A stretch of DNA of 64,000 bases from Candidatus Altimarinota bacterium (GTDB lineage Bacteria > Patescibacteriota > Gracilibacteria > Absconditabacterales > Absconditicoccaceae). Both the position numbers and the translations under genes were made by a program. Positions 45,301-57,968 of the stretch are shown piece by piece. The DNA lies in assembly GCA_041694255.1 (NCBI GenBank), contig JASMTN010000021.1, positions 231 through 64,230 on the forward strand. The letters are read 5' to 3'. Each line of letters begins with the position of its first letter. Within the stretch, counting starts at the first letter, position 1. The notes under the pieces are model-generated. The model was given only the letters and a program-made list of their open reading frames with translations, ran no database searches and was not told where the DNA came from.

Positions 45301-47217
45301 TCAATTATCATTATTAGTTTGCTTTTGTTTATTATATCAACTTTGCAATACATATTCAGGTTGATTTAACATCATATAGATAACACCTCTTAGATTGATT
45401 TCTATAAAATCTTCATCTTCAAAATCAATTTCTATCTTATTTCCATCCTTATCAGTAGTAAGAAAATCTATAAGTTCTAATTTTGTATCTTCTCATAAAG
45501 TTCTTGAAAGGTAAAGTTTTTCTTCAAGTATGTTTATTATATCCTCTGCTTGAATGCTAGAATCATCTATAATAAAACTAGCACTTCAAGAGTTAATACT
45601 ATATTCTGTATTACTCGCAAATAAAACTCAAGAACTTATATAAAATTTATCTTCATCAAAATCTATTATTCAATTATCTATATCAATATAAGTTCAAGAG
45701 TTAATATAAATATGATCTCAATTTAAACTTCAGGAATTATAAGATATATTCCATTCATCATTATCAAACAAACTTATTCCAGAAAAAACTATATTTCAAG
45801 TAATAGAAGAATTATTATTTATTAATATTTTATTATCTTCATATCTTGTATTATCAGTTTTAATACTTTCAAATAAAATATTATCATATACATAATCAAT
45901 ATTATAATCTATCAAAGAACTTGCTAATCTTGATGAAGAACTTGTCCATTTGTTTGCAATGTATGGAGTAAAGAAGACTCTATTATCATCATAGCCATCT
46001 CTTCAAAATATACTTCAAGGATTATAAGGTGTAAAATTTAATCTATCAAGTATAAATCTTAAATCAAGGTTACTAGCAACATTTTCTAACTCTAATTTTT
46101 TTATAGTTCATATAGCAAGTTCTAAAGGATTTTTATATATTATAGAATTTAAAGATTTTTGAGAATACATAAAATTTGATGAAAGCAACCATTTTATACT
46201 TGGATATATTTCAAAATCATTTTCTATGATCTTATCTGCTATTATATCAAGTTCTTCCTTAGTTGGGTCATTAGCTACATAAAATCTATAAAATTTGTCT
46301 GCTAAGAACATAGCTATAGCATATTCTCTCTTTGAAAATATATAATCTACAGTATTATCTGGTAATCAATTATTTCAATCTATAGACTCTTTCATATCTT
46401 GTATATATAAAGTATCTCAAGAAAGAAAAGGAAAATTATCTCAAGTTTTTAAACTTCATTCTAAAAAATCAACTTGCATATTTGTATTTGAATCAGCATC
46501 ATAAGTTACTTCATGAGTTTCCTCATCTGCTTTAAATCAAAAAAGTATCTTTGCTAAAGCCAAAACATCTTGTTCTGTATAATTTCTCTCTGCTCAAGTA
46601 TCTTCAGATTCTGTAGGTATATATTCTAACATCAAAAATAATTGCAATATCTCTCTTGCATAGTTTTCATTTGGATATGAAGGATTTTTTTGATTAAAAA
46701 GATCTAGATACTCTCAAAGTGAATAATCTCAAGCTTTTCAATTATTATAAAGATTTCTTTTAACCATTTCTTTATAATTTCAAAGTGTATGAGAGTATAA
46801 CATATCATGAGTTTCTTCTATATCACCATAATTTATTCTATTTCTTCTTGTATCTACTGAGAAAGTATCTTCAAAAACAGAAAATAGTTTTGACTTTGCT
46901 TCATATGGATCATATAATTTTTTATATAGGTAATATTCTCTCATATTCCAATTACTTGTATCTTCAAGCCAGTCTCAAGATAATAAACCTTCTAATTTTA
47001 TATTATACTCTGTTCTATCAGGTCATTCTTGTGAAGGGAAAAGGATATCCACTGCTCAAGTTGCACTTCAAGCTTCATAAAGTTCTTGTACTTTTTCTTT
47101 ATCTGCTCCATAAAGGGCTTTCTTAGCAAGATGCTCTGCCATTTCCATAGTCCATTCTGCATTTGCTATGTTAAACATAGACAATATAAATACTATAGGT
47201 AATAATATTTTCTTCAT
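42337..47217 (-). CDS. giant secreted protein, fusion of DUF1800-like and DUF1501-like (sulfatase-fold) domains with a long extra C-terminal region
   Basis: 1626-aa code-25 ORF. Signal peptide MKKILLPIVFILSMFNIANA. NENYAREILQLFLM...YTEQDVLALAKILFGF is DUF1800-like. GGYDTHRNQ...LYSEFGRTNKLNSSNGVDHGHAG is DUF1501-like. Frames agree with track ORFs 42547-42750 and 46108-46311. Confidence 0.7.
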
Positions 47218-47369
47218 TTATTTAAATTACATAATAAATACAAATTTATAATATTGTTTTAATAGCCTTTTTCAATTTAAAAAACCACCAGAATTAACTG
47301 ATGGGATTATTATATTTTTTCTATTTTTCTGATAACTTACCACTTGTTACTTGCAACTTGCTACTATTA

Positions 47370-50075
47370 CTACCCTGCACAACTTTCACACTTTTCAACT
47401 TCTAAGCTCATAGATCTCACATAATAAACTGTTTTTAGATCATTATTCCAAGCTTGAAGGTAGTAGTTAAATAAATCTACAGGAGAAACTTCCATAGGAT
47501 TTATAATCCATTCAAAACTAATACTTTGATCTATCCATTTTTGAACAGAAGCTATAACATCTATAACATTTTTCATGTTCATATTTACATACTCTTTATA
47601 TAACCAAAAACTTTCTTTTGATAAGTTTGGTGCTACATTTACAGTAGGTGCTGCTGAATTTGTTTCTACAAAATATTTTTTATATACAGGCAATAATCAA
47701 GCAGTTGTACCCACAACAAGTGCAGTAGATGTATTTGGTGCAGGAGCTTGATGATAACCAAATCTTGTGCCATATTTTTTAATATTTTCTATAAGATCTT
47801 TCCATTCAAGTGCATGGTCAGAATTTTCCTCAAACCAAGAAGTATCTTTACCAAATAAGATACCTTTTGACCAGTCAGATCCTTCAAATTTACTATATTC
47901 TCATCTTTCTTTTGCTAAGTCTAATGAAGCTTTTAAAGTATAATAAGCATATTGTTCAAAAAGTTTATCTACATGTTCAACAGCTTCTTTACTATCATAC
48001 CTTATCTTTGCTCTTGTTGCAAGATATTCTGATAATCACATATAACCAAGTCATACTGCTCTATATTTCATTGCAGTTAATTTAGTTTCTTTCACAGGAT
48101 AAAAGTTCATAGTTATAACATTATCCAAAACTCTCATAGATGTATTATGAACATCCTCTATATCCTCTGAATAAGAATTTACTTTTGCAACATTTATACT
48201 AGCAAGGTTACATACAACAGTATCTCAAGGTTTATACTTTATATTTACTGTACCATCTTCATAAGTTTCTTCTTTAAATTGACTTTCAGAAGTATTTTGT
48301 ATGATCTCTGTACAAAGTTGAGTAGAATATACCATACCTTCATGTTTATTAGGATTATATTTATTTGCAGTATCTCTAAAAAATACATATGGCATTCATG
48401 TTTCAACTACTGTTCTTAAAAATTGTTTAAATAAATCTTTTGCATCAACTTCTTCTTTTAATTTTATATTTGGATTATTTTCTACTTCTTCATATAATCT
48501 TGAAAATTCTTTACCATAATAATCTTCTATCCTAACTCAAAGTACAGTTCTTACTTCTTTTGGATCAAATAAAGTCCATTTTCCACCAGCTTTTACTCTT
48601 TCCATAAAAAGATCAGGTATTGAAAGTGCTGGAAATACATCAAAAGATTTACTTCTTATATCTCAAGTTTCAGTTTGTATCTCAAGAAAATCAAGTATAT
48701 CTAAATGCCAAGCATCAAGTGTAACAGATATTGCTCAAGCTCTAGCTCAAAGTTGATTAACTGCAATAGCAGTATCATTCATTACCTTTACCCAAGGAAG
48801 TATTCAACCACTTGCTCATTCAACTTCTCTTATACTTGCTCACTTTGCTCTTATATGTCAAAGATAAGATCCTATTCAACCACCAAATTTAGATATTTGT
48901 GCCATATTCTCTATAGTATGATATATACCTCTTAGGTCATCTGCTATGTTAAATTTAAAGCAAGATGATAATTGATGAAAGTTAGTTCTTGCATTTAAAA
49001 GTGTTGGTGTTGGCAAAGATATCTTTCAAGTTGAAGTATAATCATATATTTTATAAGCAACTTCAATTCTTCTATTTTTTAACCAAGGATGTTGTAAAGT
49101 TTCTTTAGATATTTCAAGTATATCATCAAGAGTTTTATTCTTATCTGCAATTATAGCTTTATCATTTTCTGGTAATTCATTATATATCTCTTCTGGCAAA
49201 CTATCTAGTCCTTCAGGTATTGCTAAAAATAATGCAACAGACATATACATTTGTTGAGGAATTTCTTTTATTATTTTATTTGGATTTAGAAGATATCTTT
49301 TATTATACATCAAAACAGTAGTATAACCATAATCAAAATCTCTTTCTTTTTTAATATACTCACCTGCTTTTAGTATCTCATTATCCTCATAAAAGTTTTT
49401 AAAATCCTTAAAATAAAGATTATTTTCTATATAATGATTAAATAACTTAACATAGTTTTCCTTATTATATAGATCATCAATTTTAGTTCATAAGTTTCTA
49501 CTAGCTTCTTTATATATAAACAACAGTGAAAGTCTTCAAGCTATCTTTTGCCAAGATGTATTTTCTATACTAATTTTATCTACAGCTGATTTAATAAGAA
49601 GCTTCATAAGTTGAGAAGAACTTATCTTAGGGATAAGGTATTTTTCTACCTCTTTTTTAAATTCTTCATAAGAACATTCTTGTATATCCTTTGAAACAAT
49701 ATTAAATACTTTTTCTATTTTTTTGAAATTAAATTTTTCTTCTTTGCCATTTTTTTTTATTACATATGTATTTTTTGCTTTGTTATCTTCAACTTGTTGT
49801 TCATGAGTTTTAGACCTATAAAGTATATAAGACTTTGCTATATCATATTCATTAAGCTCTATAAGTGTTTTTTCTACCAAGTCTCATATAAATTTTGTAC
49901 TTATTCTATTATTATCCACAAAGTCTTCAATTTTAAGTTTAAGTATATCCATAGCTTCTTCTATATTATGAGGTTCTTGATTAACTGATTCGTAAGATTT
50001 TAATAAAGACTTTCTTACTTTAGCAAAATCAAGATTTTGTTCTCTACCATTTGATTTTATTATAATAATTCACAT
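47370..50075 (-). CDS. nrdA: ribonucleotide reductase alpha subunit (class I) with N-terminal ATP-cone
   Basis: 901-aa code-25 ORF. ATP-cone [18 protein letters not shown]-terminal ...[18 protein letters not shown] redox tail. Frames agree with track ORFs 47370-47693, 49026-49313 and 49536-49880. Confidence 0.85.
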
Positions 50076-50191
50076 ATTTAAAGCTTATGTAGTTAAAATA
50101 CAATTTAATCTTATTAATTATTTTTTCAAATATTAAATTAATATAATATAATAATATATATTTTATTTCAATATATTTTATTACTTTTTTA

Positions 50192-50227
50192 AATAAAAAA
50201 AACACGAACTTAATTAAAGATCGTGTT
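50192..50227 (-). terminator. intrinsic terminator after secY
   Basis: Stem ACACGA/TCGTGT followed on the minus strand by T8. Confidence 0.65.
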
Positions 50228-50235
50228 AATTTATA

Positions 50236-51558
50236 TTATAATATTTTACTATATTTTTCCATAAGCAAATCAGCATTTATTTTATTAATAATTTCTTGTA
50301 CAACTCAAACTACAATAATTACTCAAGATCAAGAAACTACTACTGGAACTGCATCAAGTCATCAACTTCTTACAGTATCTTGTATAAAAGGAATCCAATT
50401 AATAACATAAGTATATATACCTATTAATGCAAGTCATATACCTCACCAAAATGAAAGATGAGCAAGAACATCACTTATATATTTTGCTGTATCTTCTCAA
50501 GGTCTTATTCATGGAATATAACCTCATCTTTTTTGTATTTGTTCAGACATTCTTTCAGGTTTAAACATAACCCAACTATAAAAAAATGTAAACATAACTA
50601 TAAGAACAAAGTACAATCATACAGCTAAAACATGAGGATTATTTGTATATATATTTAAATAATTTTCAACAAAGCTTTTAAAACTTTCAGCTCATGGAGA
50701 TGTAGGATTCAATTTATATATTATATTTCCTAAAAGATATGGAAATGAAACAAATGCCATAGAAAATATAATAGGTATCATTCATACTGGATTTAAAGGA
50801 ATAGGCAATGTTGCTGTTTCTTGTATTTTACCTGCTCTTGCATAAGTTATAGGAATTTCTTTTTTTGTTCTTATTAAAAGCACAGCAAGAACTATAAGAA
50901 CAAGCATTATAACAAGAATAAAAACAAGAATAGACCAAAGATTTGATCATGAACCTGGATTCATAAAGTTCATAAAAGAACCAGTCATTCATGATATAAT
51001 TGAAGCAAAGATTAAAAAAGATATACCATTACTTATACCTCTTTCTGTTATCATTTCACCTAACCATATAAGCAATATAGTTCAAACTGTAAGAATAAAT
51101 GCTGAAGATAAAACTAATGAAAAATTAGAAGTATCTATAACTCATGGTATATAGCTTGATATTAAGTATACCATTCATATAGCTTGCATAAATGCCAATG
51201 GTAAAGTTAGCCGTCTTGTATATTGTTGTATTTTCATTGTTCAAGTTTCTCACTCTTCTTTTAATTCTTCCAACTTAGGAACAACAACAGTAAGTAACTG
51301 TATTATAATAGATGCATTAATAAATGGAATCAATCAAAGTGCAACTAAAGAAAATTGCTCTAAAGATCATCACATTAACATAGCAAAAAACTCAACTCAT
51401 CAAGTATCACCAGACACAGCAGTCTTTAAAGCATCTATATCAACAAATGGAACTGGCATAAACACAAAAAGCCTATACAATACAAGTATAGCTATTGTGA
51501 ATAAAATCTTATTCCTTATATTTTTTGAAGTAACAATATGTTTTATTGTATTTAACAT
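50236..51558 (-). CDS. secY: preprotein translocase SecY
   Basis: 440-aa multi-TM code-25 ORF in the canonical position after rplO. Contains ...[19 protein letters not shown].... Confidence 0.9.
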
Positions 51559-51608
51559 CTGCAAAAATTATTTTAAATAAATTCAAAAATGGACCTTAAA
51601 ATAAAGGT

Positions 51609-52058
51609 CTATTCTTTTATTTCTCATCATTGTTCAGATATTTGTTCTTTAGCAGAGTTTGAAAAAGCATCTATTCAATCAAATTTAAGTTTTTTTTCTA
51701 ACTTACCTTTTCATAATATTTTAACCAATACTGAGTTTGAAGATATTAAATTAGCTTCTGCCAATTTATCTTTTGTTATAATAGTTCAAGCTCTAAAATC
51801 ATTAAGATAAGAAACATTTACAACCTCATAATTTTTAACAAGCTTATAATATCTTTTGAATCATTTTAATTTAGGTGTTCTTTGAATCAATGGTGTTTGA
51901 CCTCATTCAAACCAAATAGGTTTTGCACCACCACTTCTTGCTCTTTGTCACTTCATACCCTTTGTAGAGTAATTACCTGTTCAAGAAGCATTTCATCTAC
52001 CTAATCTTTTTTTAGAGTTTTGATACACTTTACTTTTTTGTAATTCATGTAATAACAT
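51609..52058 (-). CDS. rplO: 50S ribosomal protein L15
   Basis: ...KRLGRGNASGTGNYSTKGMKGQRARSGG... Confidence 0.9.
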
Positions 52059-52070
52059 TATTTTAAAAGT

Positions 52071-52529
52071 TTATTTTTTAAATGTAGAAATTGCTCTTAT
52101 TGCTGCTTTAGCATTATTTAATTTGTTATTTGTTCAAGTTATTTTAGATAACATATTTTTATAACCAGCTAATTCTAAAACTCTTCTTACAGAAGATCAA
52201 GCCTTTAATCATGTACCAGGAGCAGCTGGTATAAGCTTTAGTGTAGCTGACTTATATTTTATAGATCTAGAATAAGGAACTGAACCCTTATCTGTTATAT
52301 TTGCAGTAGCTAAATTTTTATATGCATCATGAGTAGCTTTCTTTAAAGCTCATAATACATCTGATCATTTAGCAGTACCTATACCTATTTTTCATTTTTT
52401 ATTACCAACTAACATTGTAGCTCTAAAAGACATTTGTCTTCAACCAGTAGTTACTCTAGTTACCCTTCTAACTTCAAGCAATACTTCTTCAAATTGTTTT
52501 TCTTGCTTTTTATCTGTTTTTCTAACCAT
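52071..52529 (-). CDS. rpsE: 30S ribosomal protein S5
   Basis: ...[35 protein letters not shown]... Confidence 0.95.
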
Positions 52530-52545
52530 AAGCAAATTTTATTAA

Positions 52546-52908
52546 TTAAAAATCAAGTCCAGCTTCTCTTGCAGAATCAGCTAAGGCTTTAACTCTACCA
52601 GCATAAGCATAACCATTTCTATCAAAAGCAATTTCTTTAATTCATGCTTTTTTAGCATTCTCAGCCAATATTACTCACACTTTTCTAGCTCTATCTGTTT
52701 TATTTCCTTCTGATAATTTAAGATCAGATGCAGAAGCTAAAGTATGAGACTTACTATCATCAATAATTTGAGCATATATATATGTATTACTTCTATATAT
52801 TGCTAATCTAGGTCTTTTAGTATTTGCAGATATTTTAGCTTTTACTCTATTTGACCTTTTTTGATGTTTCAAGTTTTTAACTTTTACTTTATTAGTTAAC
52901 TTTTTCAT
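52546..52908 (-). CDS. rplR: 50S ribosomal protein L18
   Basis: ...[20 protein letters not shown]...[26 protein letters not shown]. Confidence 0.95.
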
Positions 52909-52945
52909 GATTGTTTATATATAAATTAAATTATCTTAATTAAGT

Positions 52946-53491
52946 TTATTTACCTGCTGTTTTTCATTCTTTAATTTTAATATACTCACCAACATATCTA
53001 ATACCTTTACCTTTATATGGTTCTGGTTTTCTAAATCATCTTATTATAGCAGCAACTTCTCATACCTTTTGTTTGTCATAACCTTCAATTTTTATTAAAG
53101 GAGCTCATTTAGGTCATTTGTCAACTGATATTTCTATTCATTTAGGAGCTTCATATTCAACAGGGTGAGATAAACCTAATGACAACACTAATTTATTACC
53201 TTGTATTTTAGCATTATATCAAACTCATATAACAAGTAATTCTTTTTTAAATCCATTAGTAAGTCATTCTATCATATTTGATATAAGTGTTCTAACAAGT
53301 CCCCAATAATTTTTATATTTATCAGATTCTATACTAACAATTATTTTACCTTCTTCCTCCATAACTTTTACTCAGTTAGGATAAGTATAAGACATTTCTC
53401 ACTTTTTTCATTTAACAAGTACTGTATTGTTTTCTATTTTAATATCAACACTATTTGGTATTACAATAGGATCTTTTCAAATTCTAGACAT
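52946..53491 (-). CDS. rplF: 50S ribosomal protein L6
   Basis: MSRIGKDPIVIP...GVGYNA...EPYKGKGIRY. Confidence 0.95.
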
Positions 53492-53672
53492 TATTATTAT
53501 TTTTACATTTTAAACTGATTTTCAGATATTATCTTAGATTGTTCAGTTATTATTAAACAGATTAAACTAAAAGCAATATAAAGTAAAAATATAAACTTTT
53601 AATTATCTATTCAACAAAACAATACTAAATCTAATTAATTTATATCATAATACAAGAGTATCATTACATAAA

Positions 53673-54080
53673 TTAGTATATTTCGAACATCAATTCTCAT
53701 CATACTTTTTCTTTTCTTGCTTGTTGTGTAGTCATAACTCATTTATTTGTAGATATAACACCGATACCTAAACCACCAGCAACATTATGTATATCTTTAT
53801 AAGATGTATATATCTTTCTAGATGGTTTTGAGTGAAACTTAACAACAGGAACATCCTGTATAGGATTTGTAACTTCCTTTATAGTAATTGATAAGAACTG
53901 TTTGTTTCAATCTTTAATAAGCTCATAGTCTTTTATGAAACCATTTTTTTTCAATATCTCAAGGATATTATTTTTAAACTTAGAATATTGAACATTTCAA
54001 ACATTTGTTTTTCTCGCCATATATGCATTTTTGATTTTTATCAACATATCATGCAATGGTGCATTTACAAAATTACTCAT
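53673..54080 (-). CDS. rpsH: 30S ribosomal protein S8
   Basis: ...LHDMLIKIKNAYMARK...GLGIGVISTNKGVMT... Confidence 0.95.
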
Positions 54081-54105
54081 AAATATTGATTTAAAAGTAT
54101 AAAAA

Positions 54106-54375
54106 TTACCAAGAAGACTTTCTAATTCACATTAACTTACCTTCTCTACCATACATTCTTATACAAACTCTACATAAACCTAGTTCTCTATTGTAAGAAT
54201 GTACTCTACCACAAACTTTACATCTATTATAATACCTTGTTTTACCTTTATATTTTTTGTAAAGTTTATATCTTTCTTCCCAACTTAAGTTCTTTTTTCA
54301 TTCCAATGCTTCATTATATTTTTTTCTTAAGTTGTCTAGCTTTTCTTGTTTTACAACCAATGCTTTTCTAGCCAT
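54106..54375 (-). CDS. rpsN: 30S ribosomal protein S14 (Cys-containing form)
   Basis: MARKALVVKQEK...CKVCGRVHSYNRELGLCRVCIRMYGREGKLMGIRKSSW. Confidence 0.9.
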
Positions 54376-54377
54376 AC

Positions 54378-54926
54378 TTAGTTATTAGTGAATAAAAAAC
54401 CTAATGACTCTAACAATACCTTTGTATCTTCTTTTGAGTCAGATGTTGTAGAAATAGTTACTTGGATACCTTGAGACATTTTTATTTCATCTTGAGATAA
54501 TTCAGCAAAAACAGTTTGATCTTTAAAACCAAAACTTATATTACCTTGATTGTCAATTTTTCTTTCAGATATTCCTTTAAAATCTCTAACTCTTTCAAAA
54601 ACATATGCATTCAATCTTTCCAGCATATCATATGCCTTTTCTCTTCTTAAAGTTACCTTTAACATAACAGGCATACCTTCTCTAAGTTTAAAATTAGAAA
54701 CAGACTTTTTAGCATTTATCACAACAGGCTTCTGTCATGTGATTTTTGTTAAATTTGCTTCTAAGTCAGAGAAGTCTTTTACTCATTTTTTTGTTGATAA
54801 ATTACCAACTCACATAGCAACAACAACTTTATCAACTGAAGGAACTTGATGTAAGTTTTTTTTACCAAGTTTGTCCTTTAATTCATGTACAGTTTTATCT
54901 TTAAAGATATTATATAAACTTGCCAT
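54378..54926 (-). CDS. rplE: 50S ribosomal protein L5
   Basis: Track ORF 54378-54722 extends through TGA to MASLYNIFKDK.... Contains ...SNFKLREGMPV.... Confidence 0.95.
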
Positions 54927-54966
54927 TTAAATAACTTAAAGTTTAAAAATTCTTAAAATACAATAA

Positions 54967-55278
54967 CTAAGCTTTTTTAGAAACTTCACTTAAAACATTT
55001 CATGTTTTTTTATTGTATCTAACTTTTTTTCATGTTTTTTCATCTATTTGTATACCAATTTTAACAGCCTTTTCTTCTTTGTTATCATAGTAAGCTATAT
55101 TACTTATATGTATACTAGCTTCTTTTTCAACAAATCATTGTCATTTAACTGCCTTCTTTACTTTATTTACATCATGTAAATAAACTCTATCACCTTCTAC
55201 TTTATTTATAGTAGATTTTGTTCATTTATGAGATCAAGCTACAACTATTATAGGATCTCACTTTTTTAATTTTTTCAT
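54967..55278 (-). CDS. rplX: 50S ribosomal protein L24
   Basis: MKKLKKGDPIIVVAGSHKGTKSTI... (KOW motif). Confidence 0.9.
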
Positions 55279-55365
55279 TATATATAAGCAACTTAGTTAA
55301 ATAAATTAACACTTTCAGTGAAAATTTCACTTTCTAAGGAACCATGTAATTAATACACAGTTATC

Positions 55366-55734
55366 CTATATAACTTCTTCTGCTAATTTTGCAATTTGAG
55401 GATATCATTTTTCTTTAACCTCTTTAGCAATAGGTCAAAATATTCTTTTTCACATAGGTGCAGAATCATCCTTAAGAATAACTACAGCATTGTCTTGAAA
55501 TCTAACAAAAGAACCATCCTTTCTTCTAATTTCTTTTTTAGATCTTACAACAACTCATTTAACAACATCTCAAGATGAAACAGAACCATTTGGTTTAGCT
55601 TGCTTAATTGCCAATACAACCCTATCTCATATAGTTGCACTTTTACCCAAAGACCCTTTAAGCACTCTAATAACCTTTCACTTTAATGCACCAGTATTGT
55701 CTATTATAGTTACTAGACTTTCATTTTGAATCAT
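55366..55734 (-). CDS. rplN: 50S ribosomal protein L14
   Basis: [16 protein letters not shown]...[15 protein letters not shown]...FDNA-like block... Confidence 0.95.
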
Positions 55735-55755
55735 TTAAAAATATTACAAACTAAA

Positions 55756-56025
55756 TTAGCTTTTAACCTTTTTAAGAGTTTCAACATAAGACCATCTTTT
55801 CATTTTACTCATAGGTCTATGTGCTCTTATTTTAACAGTATCTCATTCTGATATAGAAGCATTATCATCTATATGTGCATAATACTTTTTACTTCTAACA
55901 TATCTTTTATTATATAAAGGATGTACTTTAACAGTATCAACCTTAACAGCTAGTGTTTTATCCATTTTAGTACTAACTACCTCACCAACTAGCTCTTTTA
56001 TATTTTTACCAGCAATTATTGTCAT
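55756..56025 (-). CDS. rpsQ: 30S ribosomal protein S17
   Basis: Track ORF 55843-56025 extends through TGA. Contains ...[14 protein letters not shown]...HPLYNKRY... Confidence 0.9.
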
Positions 56026-56234
56026 TTTTGTTCTTTAGTCTTAATTGATAAAGCTGTATTTACTCTAGCTATATTTCTTCTTGTAAGTTTAAGAAGATGA
56101 GTTTGCTTTAAAGATCAAGCTTGATTTTGCATTTTTAGAGTGAAAAGTTTTTTCCTCAATTCTGTTCTTTTACTTACAATATCTTTTATAGAAAGACTTT
56201 CTATATCTTTCATAAGTATTTTTTTATCACTCAT
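56016..56234 (-). CDS. rpmC: 50S ribosomal protein L29
   Basis: ...[34 protein letters not shown].... Reads through the TGA of the ATGA junction and ends at TAA, 10 nt inside rpsQ. Confidence 0.85.
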
Positions 56235-56264
56235 AGATAAAATATTTAATTATAAAACATTAAA

Positions 56265-56675
56265 CTAATTAATTTCGTGTTTTGAAACTGCCTTAGTTTG
56301 TATACCAAACTTATATCCTGCTTGTCTAATAGCTTCATTTGCTACTTTTTCTGACACTCAAGATATTTCCATTAAAACAGTTCATCTTTTAACTCTCTCT
56401 ACATAATGGTCTACTCAACCTTTACCTTTACCCATAGGCATTTCTAATCATAATTTTGTGTAAGGAATATCAGGAAACACTCTAGTCCAAATCTTACCAA
56501 CTTTTCTATTATATCTAACTAAAACCTTTCTTGCAGCCTCTATTTGTCTAGAAGTTACATATCAGTTTGTTAAAGCTTTGATACCATATTCACCAAAAGC
56601 AACATATGTATTACCTTTAGCTTTTCATTGGATTCTTCATCTAAATTGCTTTCTGTGTTTCCACCTCTTTGGCAT
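56265..56675 (-). CDS. rplP: 50S ribosomal protein L16
   Basis: [14 protein letters not shown]...[14 protein letters not shown]... Confidence 0.95.
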
Positions 56676-56757
56676 TAACAACATTATACATAAAAGTTAA
56701 TTTCTAAATATAAATAGAGCAAATACCCTATTTTAAACAAGCTACCATAAAAGATAA

Positions 56758-57456
56758 TTATTTCTTTACTCTAGGTTTTCTTGAAGATTTTTTTGTAGAA
56801 GATTTTTTAATATTTTCTTCTATATCTCATTTATATATCCATACCTTAACACCAAGTATACCATACTTAGTTACAGATGGAACATAATGATAATCTACAT
56901 CTGCTCTTAAAGTTTGAAGAGGTATTCTTCATTCTTTGAAAGTTTCAGATCTAGCCATTTCAGCACCATTTAGTCTACCAGCTATATTTACCTTAATTCA
57001 CTTAGCTCATTTCCCCATAACTTTTTCTATAGTTCATTTTATAACTCTTCTATAGGGCATTCTTTTTTCAAGTTGAGAAGCTACATGATCAGCCATTATT
57101 TTTGCAGACATTTCTGGAAGTCAAACCTCTTTAATAATAACTTCGAAATCTTCTCAAAATTGTTTCTTTAAAGACTTTTTAAATTGTTCTAATCTTGCTC
57201 ATTCTTTTCAAAGAACTATTCCAGGTTTAGCAGTAAATATCAAAACATCATTTTTTGTTTTTTCACCACTAATTCATTTTCTAAAAACAACTTTTGCTAT
57301 CCCAGAATGCTTATAAAAATCTTCAACAAAATTTCTTACTTTCAAATCTTGAACCATATATTCTGCTGAAAGTTTTTTTGTAGGAGCGAAATATTCACTT
57401 ACCCATCATCTAACAATACCAGTTCTAAACCCTCTTGGGTCAACCTTTTGTCACAT
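56758..57456 (-). CDS. rpsC: 30S ribosomal protein S3
   Basis: [14 protein letters not shown]... (second codon is TGA=Gly). KH domain and ...[12 protein letters not shown]... Confidence 0.95.
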
Positions 57457-57461
57457 ACATA

Positions 57462-57881
57462 TTAATTAGAATTTAAAACCACTCTAATGAAAGATCTATA
57501 CTTTTCATATCAGTGTACTCTAGACCTTGACGCAAATCTCATTCTTTTGATTTTCATTCATCTTCACAAATCTATTCTTTCTATATAAAGATTATCCACA
57601 GACAAAGAAGCATTATTTTTTGCATTATATAAAGCAGATTTTACATGTTTATATAATATTTTAGCTGCTTTTTGAGGTAAGTTATCTAATATAGTTAAAG
57701 CCTCTTGTGCATTTTTACCTCTTATAACTTTTGTAACAACAGAAAGTTTTTTAACAGATGTATCAGCATAAGACTTTTTTGAAGTTCTAGAAGTTATACT
57801 AAATGATTTACTTTCTTCAAGTCCTGAGGCCAAAGAATTATTTTTCATTAATTTTTTTCTTTCCACAAACTTTTTAGCCAT
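57462..57881 (-). CDS. rplV: 50S ribosomal protein L22 with N-terminal extension
   Basis: Track ORF 57564-57881 extends through TGA. Contains ...IRGKNAQEALTILDNLPQKAAKILYKHVKSALYNAKNN... Confidence 0.9.
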
Positions 57882-57968
57882 TATTTAACTAATAATAATT
57901 TAAAAACTCCTCACATGAGGCAAAGAAGTCGGATTTATCCGGTTACTCCTTTCTTTTATAAAGATTTA

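Noticed and set aside
56016-56025. The rpmC/rpsQ ATGA junction as a normal stop-start overlap.
   Set aside because: Under code 25 the TGA is Gly. L29 therefore continues two more codons to TAA at 56018-56016. This is a minor annotation consequence, not a separate phenomenon.
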